Shown in pieces: positions 15,258 to 20,982 of a DNA stretch of 20,982 nucleotides. The stretch comes from Limisphaerales bacterium. Lineage in GTDB: Bacteria; Verrucomicrobiota; Verrucomicrobiia; Limisphaerales; SIBE01. The DNA lies in the NCBI GenBank assembly GCA_044225505.1, contig JBGAIN010000014.1, positions 62,001 to 82,982 of the forward strand, written 5' to 3'. The position numbers were made by a program, and so were the translations under genes. Under the pieces are notes generated by a model. It was not told where the DNA came from and made no database searches. It was given only the letters and a program-made list of their open reading frames with translations. Position 1 is the stretch's first letter. The number at the start of each line of letters is the position of its first letter.

Positions 15258-18200
15258 TTACCGTTTGGCGCGGAAGAACTTAGCCGCCCCTGTCGTCGAC
15301 ACTGTCGCGGGGCTAGTGGTCGAGACCGTAGTCCAATTACCACCCACCAAGTTGTCGGTCGATTCCAGAGTGCCTTCAAACGTCAGCACTAAGCTGCCGT
15401 TTGCGCGTGCGAAGTTAAGAGACGCACCTTCGGGCTTCGTGGCTAACGTGCCGCCGAAGTAGCCAAGCAACTCTACGTCAGCTATCTGCATGCTATTGGC
15501 GCTAGTGGCATTCGCAACCGTCGGAAAAACCACTTTGTAGCTCGTGTAAGCCGCTGCGTTGTCGAAGTACATTTCTCGACGTACAAACCGCTCTGGAAAG
15601 GTCGGGACCGCTCCAGAGCCGATCTTGACGAACGTCGCCCCGTCGACGGAACCCCAAACTTCATACGACGCTGGGTCGCGTTCGGGCGCATCGTTCGCAG
15701 AGGTTAAGGCGATGCCTCGAACGGTCGTGGCACTCGCGGGAGTGACCGTGAAGCCTGTATTGAGCTTGTCGAAGTTCAGATACTTCGTGGCCGAATTAAC
15801 ATCCAGCGCGTTCGGGGATTGTTCAGCAGCCGGTGAGTTCGTAGATGACGGAACGATGGCATTGCTGGCGGCGAGAACATTGATGTCAGGCCCATACCAG
15901 TAAATGACATCAGACATCGGCGCGAGCGCGCTGGCGGCAGTCGTGTCGCCAACCTTGCGGATGGCCGCCCGGAGATAGTCGCCACCGCCCCCTTCTTTAA
16001 GCATACCCACGATGGCGTAACGGGCTCCCGCCGTGAGGGCGATCGGCTTGGTCGTCGTCGACGAGGTGGTGCCGTCGTCGTTCAGCGTGCCGGGCTCGAC
16101 GTAATTGTCACAACAATCCGTCTCCTGCGCGATTGGCGTGGCGCCTGGAATCGTCGGGAATGTCTCGTTGCTGCTGAGGTACAATTCGGAAGCGTCATCG
16201 CTATAGAGGAAGAAGTCGTAGTTGCCCGTTTCTTTCGGAATCAGGAAACCGCTGACCTTGGCTCCATAGTTATCCGCGCGATCCGGAGTGTTTAGCCCAG
16301 GAGTGTAAAGAACCGTATCGGGTGTTCCCGCTTGATACGCGGCATCGTCATATAGACCCTGGAGCGGTGTGCCAGAGACATTGCTCCAGACTTCCATCTT
16401 AGCGCGAGACGGGATCAAGCTCTGCGATTTCCAGGCGTAGGCGCTGTTCGCAGCGATGATGTTGCCGGCATTATCGGCCACGTTGTTAACCGTTACGGTG
16501 TAGAGGCCGCCTTCAACTTGCCTGGAGGTGGTCAATCGAACCGTCCATTGATCGACCAACGTTGCGGCTGAAACGGTCAAGCCACTTACGGCGTAATTGG
16601 CAGCCGTTGTTGCGCTCGGCGAAACCACCGGTTCAGAGAACTTAACGTCCACCGCTGTGAGGGATTCCATGCCACTCACTTTAGCGATGAGCGGCTTGCG
16701 CGTATCCGCGCTCACCGTGACAGTCGCCACGGAACTCGTGCGGGCAATGCCCAATGTTCCAGCCACCAAGGCAAACTTCGCGTTCGAGAGAGCGGTCGTC
16801 ACGACCGGCACGGTATAGGACGAAGAGGTCGCACCGACGATCGGCTTGCCGTCGCGCAACCATTGATACCATACGCTGCTGGTGTAGAAACTGGCGTTGG
16901 TTACCACGCCGAACAAGGTCAGGGTTTCATTCGCGAACACAGTTTTACTCCCTGGCTGAGTTGCGAAGCTCAACGCCGCACCCACAGGATCTCCCGCTCC
17001 CGCAATGAGCAAGCCACCACCGATCGCCGGCACATTGGCCGCGGCCGTGGTATCGCCGACTTTACGCATGCCGACTGCGACTCCATCCCCACCGCCGCCC
17101 TCTTTCATCAGCACCACAAAGCCATAGCTTGTGCCCGCCGTCAGAGAAATCGGAGCGGCTGTGGTCGAGGCATCGGCGTCCGCGGGTTCATAAAACGTGT
17201 TGCAGCATCCTGTTTCTTCGATCAGAGCCGTATCTGTTGTCGGATTGGGAATTGCTGCTCCGCTTTTGTTCAGATAGAACGCCGACGCGTCATCGCTGCG
17301 GATGAAGAAGTCGTAGTCCGCCGTTTCCAGGGGAGTGATCACACCGGTGATCCGCACTCCGAGGTTATCGCCAAAGCTGTTATTCCAGCCGGAAGTGCTG
17401 CTGGCACTGCCCGCCAGGAGCGTTGGGACGTAGGTCGCGCGGTCTGGCGTGTTGGCGGTGAACTTGGCATTGGAGGTCAAGTCGGCAATTGCCGTCCCTG
17501 AAATGCCGTCAAAGATTTCCACCTTCACGGTGCCTGGAACCAGAGGAGTGTCGGTCGCGGTGGTCACTTGCACTGTCGCCCAATCCGAATAATTCGGGGT
17601 CACATCTTTGGCGCGCACGCGATACGTGTACTGCTTAGAGGTCTGTCCTGGGAAGTCCACATAGGACGTGGTCTGCAGGACGGAGTTCAAACTGACACCG
17701 TCACGCTCCACTTCATAAGCCACCCGGCCGGAGTTATCCGCGGAAGCGGTCCAAGAGAGTTCGACCCGCCCGGCCCCAACGGACACTGCTTTGAACGATC
17801 CGGGCACTGTTGGCTTCTGAGTGTCGGCTTCTTCAACGACGGTCGTGATCTGGATATTGTCGACGTGTTGATTCTGCCAGGCGTCGCCCGTTCGGCCGCC
17901 GAACACTAGGAGACCAGGGCTAGGGAAGTAATCCGTCTGGTAATTGGTGAGCAACTGTTTGCCCTTCCACCAAACATTTAGCTGGGCGTTCTCCATTAAC
18001 TCAACTTTCAACTTAGCCCAGCACAGCACCGAAGGGTCTCCGGAAGAATCGTAAGGCCCCGTCTGCAGTGAGGTTGTGTCGGTGCATGTGCCATTGCGAG
18101 TTGGCAATGGAAACTGCGCGACCAGGGTATTGTCCACTCGCACCGTCAGGGCCGCGACATCGGTCCCGATGGATTGACTTGCCACATTGCACAAAGAACC

Positions 18201-18692
18201 TGCCGTGCCACCGCTGTCCCAAGCGTCGAACCCGATGGAGATACCGGTCTGGGTGCCTTCTTCCGCCAAACTCGCTTCGCAATTCTGACCCGTGGCCCAG
18301 GTTCCTGCTTCAATGACTGGGTCTCCAGCACGAGCGAAGCTGACAGAAAAACCATCTGCGGGGTTGGACGAACCATTGCCAATTCGGAAATCGGCTTCGA
18401 ACGTGAATGCCTTCACGACCTTTCCGTTGTCGAAGTCATTGAAGACGATTCGACTGGATTGGCCGGTGGCCTCTGTAACAACGAGGTAGCCATCGGAACT
18501 TCCACCACTTGCCCCTCCCGACCCGTTCCAATAACCGGAGCCGAAGAACTTCAATACCCCGTCCGAGATCGGATCGGAATTGAAGTCATACTTTGCTGTG
18601 CCTGCGTGCGCACTGACGGCGCAGAGCAATCCAGCTGCGATACAGCTGCTGCTGATCAATCTGCGATACTTTCTCATGGATAGTCTGTTCAT
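15258..18692 (-). CDS. Large secreted multidomain carbohydrate-binding/adhesin-like protein (L-lectin/LamG-like, FN3, PA14, Ig, bacterial Ig-like, PA14, discoidin/CBM32-like, short C-terminal domain)
   Basis: 1144 aa with signal peptide ending VSAHA. L-type lectin-like ADGFSVSF..ISIGFDAWD..FGGRTG..HVDN. FN3 PTVPG..VELSWTASADN..YTYRVRAKD. Two PA14 (YDFFIRSDDASAFYL..EGGGGDG; YDFFLYSDDASELYL..EGGGGDY). Ig YQWLRDGKPIVGATSSSY. Ig-like VKFSEPV..YTVTVNNVADNAGN. Discoidin-like NALD..TKYL..TSANDAPERDP. Confidence 0.9.
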   Translation of the reverse strand: MNRLSMRKYRRLISSSCIAAGLLCAVSAHAGTAKYDFNSDPISDGVLKFFGSGYWNGSGGASGGSSDGYLVVTEATGQSSRIVFNDFDNGKVVKAFTFEADFRIGNGSSNPADGFSVSFARAGDPVIEAGTWATGQNCEASLAEEGTQTGISIGFDAWDSGGTAGSLCNVASQSIGTDVAALTVRVDNTLVAQFPLPTRNGTCTDTTSLQTGPYDSSGDPSVLCWAKLKVELMENAQLNVWWKGKQLLTNYQTDYFPSPGLLVFGGRTGDAWQNQHVDNIQITTVVEEADTQKPTVPGSFKAVSVGAGRVELSWTASADNSGRVAYEVERDGVSLNSVLQTTSYVDFPGQTSKQYTYRVRAKDVTPNYSDWATVQVTTATDTPLVPGTVKVEIFDGISGTAIADLTSNAKFTANTPDRATYVPTLLAGSASSTSGWNNSFGDNLGVRITGVITPLETADYDFFIRSDDASAFYLNKSGAAIPNPTTDTALIEETGCCNTFYEPADADASTTAAPISLTAGTSYGFVVLMKEGGGGDGVAVGMRKVGDTTAAANVPAIGGGLLIAGAGDPVGAALSFATQPGSKTVFANETLTLFGVVTNASFYTSSVWYQWLRDGKPIVGATSSSYTVPVVTTALSNAKFALVAGTLGIARTSSVATVTVSADTRKPLIAKVSGMESLTAVDVKFSEPVVSPSATTAANYAVSGLTVSAATLVDQWTVRLTTSRQVEGGLYTVTVNNVADNAGNIIAANSAYAWKSQSLIPSRAKMEVWSNVSGTPLQGLYDDAAYQAGTPDTVLYTPGLNTPDRADNYGAKVSGFLIPKETGNYDFFLYSDDASELYLSSNETFPTIPGATPIAQETDCCDNYVEPGTLNDDGTTSSTTTKPIALTAGARYAIVGMLKEGGGGDYLRAAIRKVGDTTAASALAPMSDVIYWYGPDINVLAASNAIVPSSTNSPAAEQSPNALDVNSATKYLNFDKLNTGFTVTPASATTVRGIALTSANDAPERDPASYEVWGSVDGATFVKIGSGAVPTFPERFVRREMYFDNAAAYTSYKVVFPTVANATSANSMQIADVELLGYFGGTLATKPEGASLNFARANGSLVLTFEGTLESTDNLVGGNWTTVSTTSPATVSTTGAAKFFRAKR

Positions 18693-18741
18693 GTTTACTT
18701 CTTCTACAATAATGCAGAACCAGTCTGCCTTATTTAGGCTG

Positions 18742-18794
18742 TTGACGCTGCGCGGATTCGGCTAAAGCGTCAATTGAAAACTTGTTTGTTTCAA
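18742..18794 (-). promoter_or_regulatory. Candidate promoter/operator of the large surface protein: two abutting inverted repeats
   Basis: TTGACGCT-N16-AGCGTCAA (18742-18773) directly followed by TTGAAA-N9-TTTCAA (18774-18794). The minus strand reads TTGACG-17nt-CAGCGT. Confidence 0.45.
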
Positions 18795-18930
18795 CGCAGG
18801 GATGAGAGGCACTTAGCCGGCCGTTTTTTGGGGAGGGCGGAAGACGAGTAAGAACAAACCGATGCCATTCGGGCGCGCGCTCACGGCCTACACGTCTTAA
18901 TCGGGACACGGACCACGAAGGACGCCAAAA

Positions 18931-20490
18931 TCACTCGTGCATCATCGCAGGATCGCCATCTCCAGAGTGGACGGACCCCGCCGTTGGCAGGTCCTTCCCT
19001 CCAAGCTGCGGAGGCCCATCGGGCAGGAGCACCCGGTCTGGACGTCGCACAGCTTTTGCCAAAACGCTCGCGGGAATTTGAACTGGTCCGTCCATGAATT
19101 CGGGAACGTTGAAGGTTTGCACGCAGCTGTCGTAGAACAAGGGATCGGCCTGCGGCAGGAGGAACGGTTTGTGGAACTCTCCGTGCGCATCGACATAGGA
19201 AAAATGAGGGCGGGCAAATAGCCCGTCCAAACGTTTGCTGCTGAAAACGACCCAACGGCTGTTACGAGACCAGGAATGCCAGGAATCAGCCTGTTCACTG
19301 TTGATGCTTAATCGGCGGGATTGACGGGTCGCTAAATCGATCACGTAAAGATCGCTATCGGGCTGATACACAGGAAAATTGCCATACTTGCACGCCGTAT
19401 AGAGCAGCCATCGACCGTCCGGCGAGATCTTCGGCTGGCATGCAGATAGCCCTGTCTCTTGAGCCGATACGATCAATTCCGGCTCGCCCCACTCGTCAGT
19501 TTCGATCTGGTAACTAATGCGCACGAGATCGTAGCGGATCCGGCGAAACTTGTCCCAAGCCAGCGGAGGGGCGCTGCTAAAGTAAAGATATCGTCCGTCC
19601 GGCGACCACGCCGGCCAGGTCTCATTCCGTTTAGGCGAAGCGATCGATCGCGGAAAAACGACCCGATTCGAATCAACCCGGTAGAGGCCAAGGTCCGAAC
19701 GTTCGTCATACACGTCGCGGGTTTCACCCGTGGTATGGTAGAACAACGAAAGCCTGTTGGCGGAAAACGCCAGGGCGCGTCCACTTGGATGCCAAGCTAA
19801 GTATCCCATCGTTTTATCAACCCGCGAGACCTGGTTGGAGATCACCAGGATCATTGGTTGTTCTTTGGGTGCACCGCGGGTCTGAAAGGCAAACGTGTCG
19901 GGTCTGCCATTCAAAGGTGTGTGACAGTTGAGACAACCGTTTCCAAACCGGTTATTCTCCAGGATTGGGCTTTGTTCATAGCTCGTTAGATCCCGCTGAT
20001 AAATCCCTAGATGAACGTATGAGTTGAAAAGCGGTTTCAGCAAGCGATAGGCAAGAAATCCATCGATCTCTTCCGCGGCGATCTGGTTAGTGATTGTCGC
20101 AAATGCCTTCCAGCTGGACCCAACTGCGCCAACAGCGATATCGCAATACAACAACTCTCCGGTGTTGCCCTTCAGCAACGAACGCCAGGCCGCTGCCGGA
20201 ATTCGGACTATACCGTCAAAAGTTTCTGTCACTACGGACTTCCCGTGCCTCGAGCGCAGCTCAACACGAAAGCGCTTGCCCGGCTCTTGAATTTGAAAGT
20301 TCAGCGGGGCAATATTTGGCGGCACCGTGACGCCGACGTAATCTGGATAGATCCGGGGAGAAAGGAGGGCTTGCGATCCTGGCGGTGCTATCTCGTCCGT
20401 TGTGGCGGCCCAGCAGACCAGAGGCACAAAGCAAAGCAAAGCGACGATCGCTCGCGCCCACGGCCTGGAATCTACCGGAATCTGCCTCAT
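18931..20490 (-). CDS. TolB-like (PD40/WD40-like) beta-propeller protein with a single CxxCH motif
   Basis: Hydrophobic signal; IYPDY.GVTVPPNIAPLNF; CLNCH at nt 19935-19921; PD40 blades AWHPSGRALAFS, PAWSPDGRYLYFS, PKISPDGRWLLYT, HSWSRNSRWVVFSS; KPFLLPQ.DP..Y...FNVPEF. Confidence 0.9.
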   Translation of the reverse strand: MRQIPVDSRPWARAIVALLCFVPLVCWAATTDEIAPPGSQALLSPRIYPDYVGVTVPPNIAPLNFQIQEPGKRFRVELRSRHGKSVVTETFDGIVRIPAAAWRSLLKGNTGELLYCDIAVGAVGSSWKAFATITNQIAAEEIDGFLAYRLLKPLFNSYVHLGIYQRDLTSYEQSPILENNRFGNGCLNCHTPLNGRPDTFAFQTRGAPKEQPMILVISNQVSRVDKTMGYLAWHPSGRALAFSANRLSLFYHTTGETRDVYDERSDLGLYRVDSNRVVFPRSIASPKRNETWPAWSPDGRYLYFSSAPPLAWDKFRRIRYDLVRISYQIETDEWGEPELIVSAQETGLSACQPKISPDGRWLLYTACKYGNFPVYQPDSDLYVIDLATRQSRRLSINSEQADSWHSWSRNSRWVVFSSKRLDGLFARPHFSYVDAHGEFHKPFLLPQADPLFYDSCVQTFNVPEFMDGPVQIPASVLAKAVRRPDRVLLPDGPPQLGGKDLPTAGSVHSGDGDPAMMHE

Positions 20491-20982
20491 GGGTTGGACG
20501 CGTTTCCCCCTCTCGCCGGGCCAGCGCCATTATAGAAATAGAACCAAAACGTGTCGCCGAACGCTTCGGGCGCCACCCAGGGACCGCCCCTGTTCTGACC
20601 AGCCTGTTGCTTTAAGGCCGCTGTAAACTCTTGGTAACGTCGGCTCGTCTCCGAACGGATCCTGTAGCGTTTGACTTCCGTGGGAAGCTCGTGTCCTCGC
20701 TCGTAGAGCAAGACCGCTTCCTCGTAGTGCCGCGACAGACGTTCCAATCCGAAATTGTCGCTCAACTTCAATTGATACATAAAGCGTTCGAGATCCTTCT
20801 CCAAAAGGTAATGAATCAGAAGATATTCACCGGCCATTCGATTCTTGGGATTGGCAACTAGCAACTGCTCCAGCAACTCGTCGGGAGGCAGGGCCGCATG
20901 AGGCCAGTCGCCCGACAAGCTGCATGCGCGTATTTGGGACAAACTCTCGCCCGTTGCCCACTCCGCCGCTGACTTGACATCG
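20487..20982 (-). CDS. 3' part of a DUF6057-family protein; runs off the window end
   Basis: The frame stays open to the edge (..DVKSAAEWATGESLSQIR..). The C-terminal pattern LLVANPKNRMAGEYL...LLEKDLERF..HYEEA..FGDTFWFYF matches DUF6057 as I recall it. Its TGA overlaps the ATG of the TolB-like gene. Confidence 0.75.
   Translation of the reverse strand, partial: DVKSAAEWATGESLSQIRACSLSGDWPHAALPPDELLEQLLVANPKNRMAGEYLLIHYLLEKDLERFMYQLKLSDNFGLERLSRHYEEAVLLYERGHELPTEVKRYRIRSETSRRYQEFTAALKQQAGQNRGGPWVAPEAFGDTFWFYFYNGAGPARGGNASNP

Noticed and set aside
16863..18683. Plus-strand ORFs of 113-212 aa within the large gene
   Set aside because: Antisense shadows of the 1144-aa CDS.

Overview
A 21-kb bacterial chromosomal window of moderately high GC. 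Its gene content (PQQ-like beta-propeller, CRTAC1/ASPIC-UnbV, SGNH/TPR-type, secreted tandem NIPSNAP, and a PA14/Ig surface protein with an 'FFRA' C-terminus) suggests Verrucomicrobiota, probably a Pedosphaera/Limisphaera-like lineage; this is an inference. I call 15 CDSs, two of them truncated by the window edges. One truncated CDS, a minus-strand SGNH-type gene at 1..309, is missing from the ORF track. The left half holds two divergent pairs of envelope or secreted genes and a six-PAS plus GAF hybrid histidine kinase. The right half is all minus strand: three small hypothetical genes, a URO-D/MtaA-fold protein, DUF3472, a flavin reductase, an ankyrin protein, a 1144-aa multi-lectin surface protein, and a translationally coupled DUF6057 plus TolB-like (CxxCH) pair. 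I found no rRNA, tRNA, CRISPR array, transposase or integrase. The best leads are: (i) the DUF6057 / CxxCH-propeller / lectin-protein module; (ii) an 89-bp element of 4+4 inverted 11-bp units at 11041..11129; (iii) a candidate C-terminal secretion domain and paired vicinal-Cys PA14 domains in the large protein; (iv) overlapping divergent, apparently leaderless promoters at 3685..3749. All family assignments come from motif recognition, not database searches.
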